Positions 22,905-35,884 of a stretch of DNA of 64,000 bases are shown one piece after another. The notes under the pieces were generated by a model. It did no database searches. It saw only the letters and a list, made by a program, of their open reading frames with translations, and was not told where the DNA came from. The stretch spans positions 558,001-622,000 of the forward strand of contig CAUYUJ010000126.1 of NCBI GenBank assembly GCA_963575745.1, given 5' to 3'. The stretch is from Prorocentrum cordatum. Taxonomy: Eukaryota. The translations under genes and the position numbers were made by a program. The first letter of the stretch is position 1. Each line of letters begins with the position of its first letter.

Positions 22905-24139
22905 TGAAGACTGGCCAAGGGATCGGACACGAACCATCACCGGGGGGGCGGCAGGGGCCCTGAGACCCGGGCGTCGCAGCCTGCTCCCGCCCGGCACCTC
23001 CGCCGGGCCTCGAGCCCTGCAGGGGCCCCCCCGGGCCGACCCCGCCCGAGCACTGCCGCCTCGAAGCTACGCCGGGGACGCGCTGGCCCGGGCCACGCAG
23101 AAGGCCCGCCCGGGTCGGTGGGGCCCGGCAGGGTCCTGCAGGATCCTGCACCCGAGCCCGAGTCGGTGCGCCCCTAGGTGGCCCTGCAGGATCCTGCAGG
23201 ATCTGGCGCACTGGCTGACCACCCGGTGGCATGGAGTCCCGTCCCTCGAGCCCCGAACGTGGTCTAGAGGGCTCCGTCCCGGGGCTTTTCCGCTTCGCGA
23301 CGTCGGATCCCAAGGGAGGGGAGGGAGGGAGGAGGGAGGGAGAGAGGGACCCAGACCCCCTCGAGGTCCCAAGCTTGAGGATCGAGAGGCTCGAGGGTCT
23401 CCGACGCCTCTGGGCCTCCTCGGGGGCCATCCTGGCCACGGCCAGATCCGCATCGAAATCCTGGCCCGAACGCACACGCCCGGAAGCCAACTTTTGACCC
23501 CCGAGCCCATGCCCCCCTCGCACCGTGGAAAGAAACCGTGAGGGCGAGTCTGAACAAGTTTGGGCCCCTGGTGGACCTGTGCCTCAGGCTCTGGGGACCC
23601 CAGGGAGAGAGTCCAGACCTCTGGGGGAGGAGGTGGAAGAGGAGGGGGAGAGGAAGGGTTACTTGATTCGGGGGGAGACATTGCTCGGGAAAGCATCTAA
23701 AGATTGGAGACCGTTGAATCCGGGTCAAACTTGAAATACTGAGATACAGAAAGATCTCAAGTTGGCTGTTCCAGATCCTTAATCCAGAGTTTCCAGATTG
23801 AAAGGCTGAAATATTGCAAGAACTTTCATTTTAGAGAGCCTGGATTGAAAAGCTGAAAGCTTGGCAACGCATCCACAGAATGAACACATCAACTCTGGAA
23901 AGACCTTTCAATGTTGCAACATGTCAATCCAGAACCTCCGGATGGAATGATGTTTCAATATTTCGCTTTTCAAGCCAGACCCTCCGCATTGAAAGGCACT
24001 TCAATAGTTCAAAATCCCACCAGCCCTTTGGGCTCAGGTTGTCTAGCAAGTTCTTGCTTTCCTCTTCCAAGAGCCCTCTTCCCTTCGGGGTGGTGTACCT
24101 TCCCCCCCCCCCTCCTTTGGGGGCGAGGGGCGCAAGACG

Positions 24140-24640
24140 TAATTACCAAGATGGCCCCAAGAGGGCCCAAGGTAGCCCAAGATGGCCTCCACAATGGCTC
24201 AAGATAGCCGAAGATGATTCAAGGTAGCTTCCAACATACTTCCAAGAGGCCCGACGAGGGCCACAAGACGGTTCCAAGTGCTCTCGGACCATCCTCAGGA
24301 CCGCCCCAAGAGGCCATCAACGATTTGTAGCATCTCGCCGTTTCGCTTCCGATGCGCCTTATCTCGAGGCCTCAAGATGGCCCCAAGATGGCCCCAAGAG
24401 CGCCCGAAAGCATCCCAAGAGCGCCCCAAGAGAGCCCCATGAGGCAAGTTTGATGGCCCCAGGGAGGAGGCTAATCGAGGAGCCCCCCATTTTGATCGAT
24501 GTCCACCAAGATGGCCCGAAGAGGCCCTCCAGAGCTCCCAAGGGACCCCCAAGAGGGCACCAAGAGAGACCCAAGATCCCAGAGAGCCCCAAGAGGACCC
24601 CATGATCCCCCAAAAGAGTCCCAAGAAAGCTCCAAGTGGC
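24140..24640 (+). repeat. CCAAGA(T/G)GGCC-type degenerate repeat block
   Basis: Same repeat vocabulary as 3470-4520, 41930-42400, 48680-49690 and 52550-53100; reverse-oriented blocks at 42730-42860 and 46900-47850. Confidence 0.8.
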
Positions 24641-25874
24641 GATTTTGAGGGCTCTGCCTGTCTTCGTAGTCCTCCTCGTCCTCGTCCTTGCCCTCGTTGT
24701 CTTCCTTTTCCTGTTCCTCCCCTTCCTCGTCGTGGTCGTGGTAGTGGCCGTGGTCGTGGTCGTGGTCGTGGCCTTCGTCGTCATCGTCGTCGTCAAGGTC
24801 GTCGTCGTCGTCGCCGCCGTCGCCGCCGCCGCTGCCGTCGCCGTCGTCGTCCGTCGTCGTCATCGTCGTCGTCGTCGTCGTCTTCCACCTCCTCCTCCTC
24901 CTCCTCCTCCTCCTCCTCCTCCTCCTCCTCCTCCTCCTCCTCCTCCTCCTGCTTCCCTCGCCCCCACGCGGGCCCCAGGCCATCGCTTGCTCCCAGAGAT
25001 CTCTCTGTTCACCCTGGTTGCCCGCTTTGTTTCACGACGTCTGTCTCTTAGTCCCTTCTCCTGGCAGCTCGCACGGGCAGGGATTCTACATGGGCTGGTG
25101 GGGATACTTTTTTGATCGCGAGCGACGCAGGCAGCTGCGCGCCGTCTAAGCAGCTGGTGGGAATGCTTTTTTCGGTCGCGGCCGCGAGACCAAGGTCAGG
25201 CGGCGAGAAGGCTGGTGGGAATGCGCGAAGCGTCAAGAAATTCTTTCTGGGGGCCCAGATTCAAGGATGCTTCAGCATGTCAATTCTTTCAATCGGCGCA
25301 CATGCACCACCTGATGCCCACATAGAAAACCAGTCTGGATTTTTCAAAACTTCGATCCGCGCCCTCAGAAACAAAACCCTTTCAATATCTCGCCCCTCAG
25401 TATGTCAACCCCTGTCCAGCCAGGCCCATGTGCGAACCCGCTGTGGAAAACAAACGGAGGAGGAGGCAGCGGGTACTCCTCCTGCGCGGGCGTCTTCTGA
25501 AGATTCCGAGCAGAGCCCTCCCTAACAAAAATCTTCTGCTCTTCATCTGCCTCCTCCTCCTCCCCCCTCCTCCTCCTCCTCCTCCTCCTCCTCCTCATCC
25601 TCCTCCTCCCCCTCCCCCTCCCCCTTCTGCCCCCCTCTCCCCCCCCCTCTTCCTTCTGCTGCTCCTCCCCCGGAGGCCCCTCCGCCTCGCCCCCCTCCTC
25701 CAGAAGTCTCCTCTCGGGCGCGGCCTGACCCAGAGCTCCTCGAGCCCTGGAGGGCCCCGGCCCGTCGTGCTCCTCCCGCCCTCGCCCCTCCGAGCACCGC
25801 CAAGAAGACGAGCACTCGCTCCCCCGCGCGCGCCTGCGAGGAGAGGTCGGCCGCGCGCAGACAGAGGGGGGGCA

Positions 25875-26051
25875 CAGTCAGCCAGCATCGTAGAGACGCC
25901 GAAAGACAAGGGTGCAAGGGCCTTAGAAGGCCATCTCGAAGATTTTCGAGCGGGGCGCGGCCAGCGAAAAGTGGCCAAGGGTGGGCCGAGGAGGGACAGA
26001 CGCAAGGTTACCCTTGGGAAGGTTGCTTGTTCTTATTATGCGGGTTGACTG
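25875..26051. mobile_element. MITE family B copy
   Basis: CAGTCA ... TTGACTG|TA, internally homologous to 8302-8472. Confidence 0.7.
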
Positions 26052-26667
26052 TAGGGGAAGGGGGGAAGGCTTCTTAGAAGCACCCCTGCTTCTCAGAAGA
26101 CGCGGGCCTTCTCTATGCTTCTCAAAAGTCGCGGGCCTTCTCTATAGAGGCCAGCGTCTCCTAAGAAGTAGCATCCTCCTAAGAAGCGTTCCCCCCCCCC
26201 TCCCCCACACCCTCTTGTGCGCGCCGCCAAAGAAGGGGGGGGGAGGGGCAAGAGGGGAGGTTAGGGCCACCTAGGATCCGACTCGATGCGGTTCGATTCG
26301 CCGGCTTGGGCCGCGATTTAGTTTCGACTCGACTCGGCTCGACCCGCCAGCATCGGCTGGGGCCAGCCGGAGCTGCGTGCGGCGATCCGCTTCCGAGCCG
26401 ATTCGGCACGGCCCGCTGGCGATCCGACCCGTGTCCGATCCGCTGCGACTTCGCGAACCGATCCGGCTCATGCCTGCGCAGGCGGAGAGACTTCGGATCC
26501 GATCGGGCCGGAGGTCCGCGAGCACGGCCCCCGAGGCGAGCTCCTGGTCCTCCTGGCCCTCCTCGGCGCTCGACTCGGGCTCCTCCGCGCCGCCGAGGGC
26601 GGCGGCGTCCAGGCCGAGGTCCTCTCGGGCGTGCCATCTGGGTTAGGGCCCGTCGAGGCAACGGTTA

Positions 26668-27009
26668 GGTCGGGCACGTCCTCCTACAGGCGGAACTTGG
26701 AGGAGGAGTGTCAAAGAATTGGAAAAAGAGTGCTCACAAAAAGAGTCAAACATGGTCGAAAAATGGTCCCCGGCCTAGTGTTTCCCTGCTCTTGGATGTA
26801 CATACAGTCATCGGCCTGACCTAAGGAACGATGAATGAGGAACGAAGCCCCTTTCTCCCACAAGTTAAACTCCGAGCTTCCATGGAAAACCTGGGGAAAA
26901 CCCAAGGAGCGCTGTGAAACAAGTAAGGAGCACGGAGCCCCTCCCAAACGAAAAGGGTTCCTTCTTCAGGGCCCCCACTGTACTCCTCCTGTCGAGGGGC
27001 AGGCCCGCC
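26668..27009. mobile_element. MITE family C copy with a family A MITE (26805-26980) nested inside
   Basis: Outer TA|GGTCGGGCACGTCC ... GGGGCAGGCCCGCC|TA; inner TA|CAGTC ... CACTG|TA. Confidence 0.75.
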
Positions 27010-29099
27010 TACGGCGGCCCTCCCTGGTGACGCGCGCCCGCTGCGAGGCCTCCGAGGAGGCGCCTCCCCGCCACGGCCGGGCCTCCGCCTCGGAGGCGAG
27101 CCAGGACGGACCGCCCCCCCGGAGGAGCCCAGGGAAGCGTCGTTCATTTCTGCTCGTGCTCACTTCTAATTGTGCTCGTTTCTAACTGTTCCTGCATGGC
27201 CCCCCAGTGGCCAGGCGGAGGCCCAGGAGGAAAGAATTGGAAATGAGAGGAGCCTGGCCCCCCCAAACAATCAAAGCACTCTCGCAGAAGTAGAAATGAA
27301 CCACGTGGACCGCTGTTGAGCGGATGTGGGCCGGGCGGGAGAGCCGCCGTGGTCACAAACGGCCTCCTCCGTATGTGCTGCGGTGGGATACGCACGCCCC
27401 AGCCGACTGGGGCAGTTGAGTTTCATCGTGGGCCGACGCGCAGCGCAAATAGCATATGTCTGAAGGATACCGAAGGCGGCTCGATTAAACCGAAGAGCGT
27501 TTTAGCCTGGCCTCAAGCATGTCGAAAGACCTCTGAGCTCGAACCTCGGCGGCTGCGGAGCGCGCAACAGATACGCGCTTGCGTGCGCACCTGCCTGCAG
27601 CAAATTCCGAGCCCTGGCAGCAAAGGTGAAGATGTGTGGCGAGGCTCCGGCGGCTCGTGGGGGGGCGAGGGGGTGAGGTGCTCTAGGGCTTTCGGCTGCT
27701 TGTGGCCCTTCTCGGGCCTCCGGAGGCCTCCGGAGGGCCTCCAGAAAGCTCCAGGGACCTCTGGAGGCCTCCAGACGACGTCGGCTCGTCGTCGTCGTCG
27801 GCGTCGCCACCTTCGCCGTCGTCGTCGGAGGCGGCGGAGTCCTCATATTTGTCGTATTTGTCGTCGTCGTCGTCGCACGAGGGAGGGAGGGGAAGAAGGA
27901 GAAGGGCGCGGCGGAGGTGGAGGGGACGAGGAGGAGGATGAAAGGAGGAGGAGGGAGAAGGAGGAAGAGGAGGAGAACCACCACCTGCTGTGCAGAGGGA
28001 GGCAGAGGGTTGCCCGACCTGGCCCGACCCAATAGTCGAAGACGTGGCCGCAAGAACGCAGGCCATGAACACGAGCTCCTTCGCCGCAACCCCCCTGATC
28101 CCATGGAGATACCAGAATGAAGAGCACTCCAGGGTGGGAAGAATTGTCACGAAGAACCTGCAGGGTACCCTTCCTAAGCTCGGGGGGACAAAAACATACC
28201 AATACCTCTACTCCCCAGACCTCTCCTGGGGTGCATCCTGACCAGAATTTCGAGGATCATCTGGCCGTGCTGGCGAGGGCTCTCCAGGACAAGCAGCGGC
28301 ATCGATACTAAATCTCCCTCCTCTCAAAGCTGGGACTGTTCTAGACCCTCGTGCCAGCTGTACCCCGAGCCTCCATGAGCCTCTCGGGTCTCACCACTTG
28401 GCGATTCACAAAGATGGGGCCGCGACGGATGAAACCCCAAAGGACAGGAAGGGGTCACAGGTTCGAGGCTCCTAGTCTTGAAGGCCCCATCCCCCCACAC
28501 CTGATGCTCCTATCCCTGAACCGCCGAACCGCCTCGATGTGCTCTGTGCTCCGCCAGCCGCCTCCGCCTCCGTTTCTCGAGCTGGCTGGGGGCAGCGAGG
28601 CGGCGGCCGACATTTCAATCCGGGGGGGGGAGCTCAGGAGGAGGAGGCGGAGGAGGAGCCGCAGGGGGAGCAGCAGCAGCAGGAGGAAACAAAGAGGAGC
28701 ATCGCGCGGGTTTTGAACGTTTCTGCACGTGGAGGAACTTCCTGGGGGGGCGGCGTCGTCGTCACCGCCGGAGTCGCTTCGAGGTTCTGGACAACACATG
28801 CTTCTGGACAGGTCCGGTCGGTCCGGTTTGAGGAAGGAGAGCCTGGTCAGGCCCACGATGAATCAGAAATGCTGCAATGCACCACATCTGAGTAACCACA
28901 AAAGGACCCCTAACCCTTGGGGAGGGGACATGAGTTAGGAGGGCCAAAAACATTGAGGACAGGGGTCTTTTCTGCAGATGTATCAGACTCAACCGCCCAG
29001 ATCTATTATCCCTAATGCGAAGACGGGGACCTAAATGAGGACACGTCTTCATCGTGCCTTCAGGGTTAGGGGTTCTTTTGCTCTCGATGAATAGTTCGC

Positions 29100-29221
29100 C
29101 ATCGCTCGGACGGCCATTCCCCGTGCATACTGTCGGCTTCGCGCGTATGTTCCTTCGCAAGATGATCATCGATGCTCATCGATGGTCCTCGCAGGAAACA
29201 CGTGCACACGTCCGAGCGATG
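29100..29221. mobile_element. Family E short TIR element
   Basis: Perfect 13-bp IR CATCGCTCGGACG / CGTCCGAGCGATG. Confidence 0.8.
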
Positions 29222-29657
29222 CCCATCCTCCACACAAGTCCCTGCAAGTACGCCTTTTCACTGCTGGAAGCGCCCCTGACGAGCGCCCCATAGGCCTGCC
29301 ATTCAGGCGAAAGCTCCGTCCTGCAAGGAGGTCGACCTGCACCCTTAAAGGCAGGGTCTGGGAGAGCTCCACACAACACACCGCCAGCCCTGGCCGACCC
29401 GTGGGCCCTGGACTGGTGCGCAGGCCTTCCTGGCCGAACCCCAGTAGGCCGGGAGGTCTGTACACCGATCCAGGGCCCTGGGGCCCAGGAGGTGCCTGGC
29501 CAGGGTCAGTGGCGGTGGTGTAGTTGGCGCCCCTCCGAGGGCAACACAAACTCAAGGCAGCGTCTCGCGATAGCCCTGCTCTGAGAAGCGGAGCCGCCCC
29601 CCGCCCGCGCAGCTGCAGCACGAGGCTTCACGTTCAGGACATAAAACATGTGAGCGT

Positions 29658-30193
29658 CCTCCCTCCTCCTCCTCCTCCTCCTCCTCCACCTCCTCCTTCT
29701 CCTCCTCCTCCTCCTCCTCCTCCTCCTCCTCCTCCTCCTCCTCCTCCTCCTCCTCCTCCTGCTCTTCCTCCCAAAAATCCTCCTCGTCCGCCTCCTCCCT
29801 CCTCCTCCTCCTCCTCCTCCTCCTCCTCCTCCGCCGCCTCCTCCTATCCTCCCGTCCTCCTCCTCCTCTCCTCCTCCTCCTCCTCCTCCTCCTCCTCCGC
29901 CGCCGCCGCCGCCGCCGCCGCGCCGCCGCCGCCGCCGCCTCCGCCTCCGCCTCCGCCTCCGCCTGCGCCTCCGCCTTCGCCTCCTCCTCCTCCTCCTCCT
30001 CCTCTCCTCCTCCCTCCCCCTCCTCCTCCTCCTCCACTTTCGCCTCCGCCTTCGCCTCCACATGCGCCTCCGCCTCCGCCTCCGCCTCCGCCTCCGCCTC
30101 CGCCTCCTCCTCCTCCTCCTCCTCCTCCTCCTCCTCCTCCTCTCCCCTCCTCCTCCTCTTCCTCCTCCTCCTCCTCCTCCGCCTCCTCCTCCT
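29658..30193. repeat. (CCT)n/(CCG)n/(CCTCCG)n microsatellite
   Basis: Directly visible. Confidence 0.95.
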
Positions 30194-33004
30194 GGATCTG
30201 CGCCCCAGGGGGGCAAGGACAACGTGGGGGGGTCCAGCTAAGGGGGAAAGCATCGAGCTAGAATCGGTGATACGTCGCCGGTAGATCGGCAGTGGGCCCA
30301 CGATGGCAAATCCACATCTTCCTGGGCGGGGTGTGCTATCGGGCCCCTGTCGGCCATCAATGGGCGATTTGGGGCCGATGCGTTCCCCCCTGAGCCAGTC
30401 CCCCCTAACGTTGCTCAGGTCACTACCTCGGCGCCCCGGCGGCCGTTCGGGACGATCCAGGCCAGGCACCCTTGGAACGCTCTCGGCGAGGCGCAGCTGC
30501 CGGAGAGCACACCGAGGCTGGAAAACCGCCGATTCCCAACGCAACTCGAACCTCGAACCTCAACGCTGCCCCTGGTCCTGGGGCCGGAGAGGGGGGCGTC
30601 CTCGAAGATGGCCGCCTCGGCCTTGCGGCGCTTCTCCGGGTCGCCGGCGAAGCCTCCGGGGCGCGGTGCAGACGCCGCCGTCTCGGTCCGCGCCGCCGCG
30701 GTCCGCGCCGTCGTCGCCAGGGGGAGGGGGGGAGAAGGGAGGAGGAGGAGGAGGAGGAGGAGGAGGAGGAGGAGGAGGAGGAGGAGGAGGAGAGGCAGAG
30801 GGAGGCAGAGGGAGCCCTAGGAGGGGGGAGGGCCCTGGGGAAGGGGCACGTGTGGAATGGCCCCATTCGCGAGGACGGACCCCTCGTGGCCAAGCGCAGT
30901 GTGCGCTCGGGGGCGCGGCTGCTCAGCCCGACGGCTCGGCTGCACGTCTGGCGCCGCACGCGACCCTCAGATTACAGAAAGTTTCCGAACCCATTTCTGC
31001 TCGCGCTTCCAACAAAAAACTACACGCTGCGTGTTCCGAACAGGAAACCCAAACCGTTTCCCAACCAGTTCCAACGGATTTCCAAGAACTCGCCCTCCAA
31101 ACAATGCATGCTGCGCTTCCGTGTGGCCCTCTGGAGCTGAAAGGTTTTCGAGTTTCGCGCAACATGAACTCGCGGCTAGTGTTGTACGATCGCGCAACAT
31201 GAACTTTCGGCTGCCCGATGTCGGGGAAAGCTGTTTCCACTCAGGACGTATATGCTGGACTCTGTCGTGTTAGCGTTGTACGATCGCGCAACATGAACTT
31301 TCGGCGGTCTCGTCGCGCTGCTTACTCTCATGTGGCCCTTTGCCGCCTGGGCTCCTTCGACCCCGAGCAGTAATATCACAACGAACGCACTGGAGCGAGG
31401 GCAGGCTGCTGTCGCCCTGGAGGGAGGCGAGACCGCGGCGGTCGAGGCTGATGTACCCGAGCGACGATGGGACTGCTGGCAGGCAAAGCGCGGCCGAGTT
31501 CCGCATGCTATTCGAGAGGCCGCTGGGGGAGGCACCCGCTCACGGGCGATGAGCACGTGGATCCCAGAAGCGTCGCGCTCCTAATGCTCCTTTCCTCTCC
31601 ACCATCATCCTTCTCCTCCTCTTCCCCCCGTTCATCTTCTCTGAGCGTTGCGCCCGACGGGTCGGATCGCCTTCCTCTGCCTCTTCCCCCACCGCTCGGT
31701 TGCCATTTTTTGGCTCTGGCCCCCTCTTGGCCGAATCGGCTGTAATTGTTTCCCTGGGGGTCGCCGCACAGACTTCCTCGTGAAATCTCGCGCCCACGCA
31801 GCAGCGGCGCGCGAGGGCCAGACGGCGAGGCAAAATTATCTCTTGCAGTGTATGTTTTTTTTTTTGACACGTGCCGGGAGGCAGGTGCGACCGCCTGCAC
31901 GACCGGTGCGACCGCCTGCACGGCCTGCACGGCCTGCACGGCCTGCACGTGCCGGGAGGCAGGTGCGACCGCCTGCACGGCCTGCACGGCCTGAGCTGCG
32001 ATCTCTTGCAGTGTATGCTTTTTTGTTCTTTGACACGTGCCGGGAGACGAGGCGGACACGGGAACACGGAGGAAAAGGAGAAGAAGAGTTAGGCAACGAC
32101 TTCTGGGAGGCCTTCGCAGGAGCGGCTGAGAGCTATCGAGCTCGAGGAAGGGGCCATGAAGGCAAATCATGGACGGGCAAGCGAAGGATTGAGACGGACT
32201 AGGCGGGATAAAGCCGGATTAGCTGGGACTCCGCTGGATTAGGCTGGTCTTCGACCACGGGTATACACCAGCGCCGATGCTGACCTGAGCGTCCCACGAG
32301 TTGCATCCTACGGGGAAAAACAGAGTGGGGGCAACTGACGGCAGCTTATACGCCTGGGACCCATTCGGCGGGGAGGAGGAGGAGGAGGAGGAGGAGGAGG
32401 AGGAGGAGGAGGAGAAGGAGGTGGAGAAGGAGGAGGAGGAGGGGGAGGAATGGCAGGAGGAGCGGGAAACGACAGGCGGCAGCACCTGAACCTCCACTGC
32501 GCTGAAAAAATGCGGAACCCAAACGACATTACACAGTTTGGCGCAGTGCTACTCCTGACTGTATGTGGTATGGTGTGGCTTGGGATTGCTCGTTCGCGTT
32601 TGACACATAAACGAAACCACGGCCATGTCAAAACGAAAGCTACCCAACGAATTGCACTTGAAACGTAGCAATACAAAACACAGCGCCGCTGCTCCACCAG
32701 AACAAAACGCGCAATAACATACTGCGCTCAGTAGAAGATAACAGACCACGGAACAACACGCCCACTATCATAACCCCCTCGGGGGCACCAGAAATGTCAA
32801 ACATGTTAGCCAGCGTAGAACCAAAACAATGTGTTCTGGCATACTACGTGGTTCATATTTGGCGCAGTCGATTGGTGCAATCCATCACTTGCTCAACTTG
32901 AAGCTGTCCTCTCCACTGCTCGTACAAACATCCCACCCTCCCACCCGCAACTTGGTCGCAAGACCTCTTAAGACCGTGACGGTGGGTACCAAATGGCACT
33001 TGGC

Positions 33005-33098
33005 AACGACAGCGACGCCAACGACGACAGCGACAACGACGCCGACGACGACGCCGCCGACAACGACTACGACGGCACCGACGACGTCTCCAACGACT

Positions 33099-33133
<35 letters not shown>

Positions 33134-33356
33134 AACACCGACGAAAAAGACGACAACGACGCCGACGCTGACGACGACAACGACGATGACAACGTCGACG
33201 ACGACGCCGCCGACGACAACGCCGACGCCGACGACGACGACGACGACGGCGACGACGAAGACGACGACGACGACGTCGCCAACGAAGACGACGACGACGA
33301 CGAGGGAGGAGGGAGGACGACGACGGCGACGACGACAACGACGAGGGAGGAGGGAA

Positions 33357-33388
<32 letters not shown>

Positions 33389-33570
33389 CGACGAAATAGG
33401 AGGGACAACGACGAAACGCCGACGAAGACGACGAGAGAGGAAGGACGACCACGGCGACAACGACGACGGTAACGACGACGACGCCAAGACGACGACGACG
33501 ACGAGGACGACGACGGCGACGACGAAGACTACGACGAGGGAGGAGGGAAGACGGCGACGACGACGACGAC
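33005..33570. repeat. (GAC)n-type imperfect microsatellite
   Basis: Directly visible. Confidence 0.95.
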
Positions 33571-33574
33571 GCAA

Positions 33575-34100
33575 AAGCTCGCGCGCACGCGTTTAATGAA
33601 AATCCGTGTTGCAAAACCTTGTGTTTTTGTATGTTTTTTGGACACACGATTTTGACATCGTTCCGGAACCAACGGTTTTTGAAGGATTTCGACATGCGCG
33701 GGCGACGACGCGCGCGTCTACACTTCGTCCCATTTGTTGCAGGGGATTCTCGCAACGGCACGCGCACAAGGGCGTTCGAAACATTTCGACACGCGCGCGC
33801 GAAGCCCGTTTGGTAGTATTTGTTTTGGAAAATATTGTAAAACCTATGGTTTGCTAAAGTTTTCGCAGGAGCGCGCGTGAGTTTTTTTTTGAAAATTCGT
33901 GTTGCCATACCATGTGTTGTTGTATGGTTTTTGGAAATTCGATTTCAAAGTCCTTCCGAAACAAAAAGTTATTGAAGGATGTCGGCATGCGCGCGCAACG
34001 ACGCGCGCGTGCGCACTTCGTCTCATATTTTGCAAGGGACGAGTAGGAACTTGTGATTTTTGATAAACGAGAGTGCGCGCAAAGCATTTGTTGCAAAGGA
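33575..34100. repeat. ~295-bp diverged tandem duplication, with a further partial copy at ~34855-34995
   Basis: TGAAAAT.CGTGTTGC...TTGAAGGAT.TCG.CATGCGCG.GC.ACGACGCGCGCGT...CACTTCGTC occurs twice. Confidence 0.75.
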
Positions 34101-35884
34101 TGGCGGGGGGAATGATACCGGTTTGGCTGGGATAATACGAGGTCATATTTAGGATGGACATGTGTGTGGATTTGAACATGCATGACATCACAATACCCCA
34201 AGGGGGATAGTTAACTCCAGGGGGTAGGGTCTATTATTCCTTGTAGAAAGGATAATATATGTGGTGACAGCTATGTGGTGCCGTCTATGTTGAGCAAAGT
34301 ACGCGGTGCAAGCTACATGGTGCAAGAAGATGTGGTGCCAACCATGTGGGGCAATCTGTGTGGCGCAGTTTATGTGGTCCAATGACTGTGGTGTAATATC
34401 GGTGGTGCAGCAGATGTAGCGCAAGCTACGTGGTGCAGCTCATAATGCCTAACCTGAAACGGTCAACCCCACTGCCCACACAATCATCTCACCCATCCAC
34501 CAGCAATTTAGTTTGCAAGACCCAGGCGGCGGCGATTGCGATGAGTATTGGGTGTGGGTTGGTGCATCTCGGCGGCCGCGCTAGCCCGCGCATGCTCGCG
34601 CGCGCAGCGGCCAGCTAGTTTGGCGCGACCGACGCGGCCGCTGGCGCTGACCGCTGGGCATTTCCCATCGGGGAGTTCAGTGCGAGGCGGCGACTTGGGC
34701 GGGCGCGATATCATGGCAACGTCGACAACGGTAGACACGAGGATGATCGCAGCGATGCTGGTGACGATGGTGACAACGACGACGGCAAGGCCAGTGACGG
34801 CGCCGATGCGAATCACGCCGACTACGATGCCAGCGTCCTCCCGTCGGTGATGAAGATTTTGGAAGGAGTTCGACATGCGCGCGGCCGACGCGCGACAGTG
34901 GCACGCACTGTATTATTTGACACGGATCGTGCCCCCCAGCACGCGCGCAAGGGCGTTCGGATGATTTCTAAATGCGGCGCGGGAGGCCCGTTTTGCCGAA
35001 TCCCACCAGCCTTGTAGGGCGTATGTGGTCGAGGGTGGTTTGTCTTCCACCTGCCACTTTTCCCGTTCGGTGAGCGGTGCATCACTGTGCCTTATTAATA
35101 CACCACCCCTCTCCCATCCGGCCGGCGTCTAACCAGGAACCATGCCGACTCCATGAGGACCCGGCCCCCACCATCCCCATCAAAAATTGTACAAAACTGC
35201 ACTCTGCCTCCATCTGTGGAGCATGCGCGGCCAACCTGATGCGGCCCCCCCCACCATCTCTGTCTAAAAACAATGCAAAATACACACTGTGGGGCAAAGT
35301 CTTGAGTCATGTTCGTGAAGCCCGCAAACATTTTGTTTTGCGTTCGACATGGACGGCGAGGGTGCCAGCATATTCCCTGCCGTGCCCAGGGAGACCATCC
35401 CTGACAAAAACAATACAAGATGCACCTCGCGGCTAAATCTGGATCGTGCGCGGCCATCCCGCGATCACTGTCGAATGGTTGTTGACAGGGACGGCGGGGA
35501 TGGTGGCGCGCGGCCTGCTGTGCGCAAGCCCACCAGACACAATAATGGGCATTGATCTTCGACAAGGAAAGCAGGGGCCGACATGTTTCCCGATGTGTGC
35601 TGTCACATGCGCAGGTGCACCTGACGCACTCTGCGCATGCCCCGAACATGGCGCACCTGGCGCGGCTGGAGTGTGCGGCACACCTGGCGCACTCGGAGCA
35701 CGTGGCGCACCAGGCGTGCCTGGCACGCTCGGGCCCCAGGGGCGCCTGGTGCGCGTGGCGCCCCTGGCACGCGTGGCGCACCTCGCCCAAGAGTCGCGCA
35801 CCTGGGGTCGGCTTTAGTTCCCAGTAGCTGCCCATCCAAAGACGACCGCTGAACACGCTCAGGCTCGGGCGTTACTTCTATGTT

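Noticed and set aside
32320..32370. WD40/PQQ-like peptide VGATDGSLYAWDP
   Set aside because: Too short, preceded by an in-frame stop, with no supporting neighbouring exons identified.
32829..33596. Mucin-like Thr-rich or acidic Asp-rich proteins
   Set aside because: Alternative translations of the (GAC)n microsatellite.
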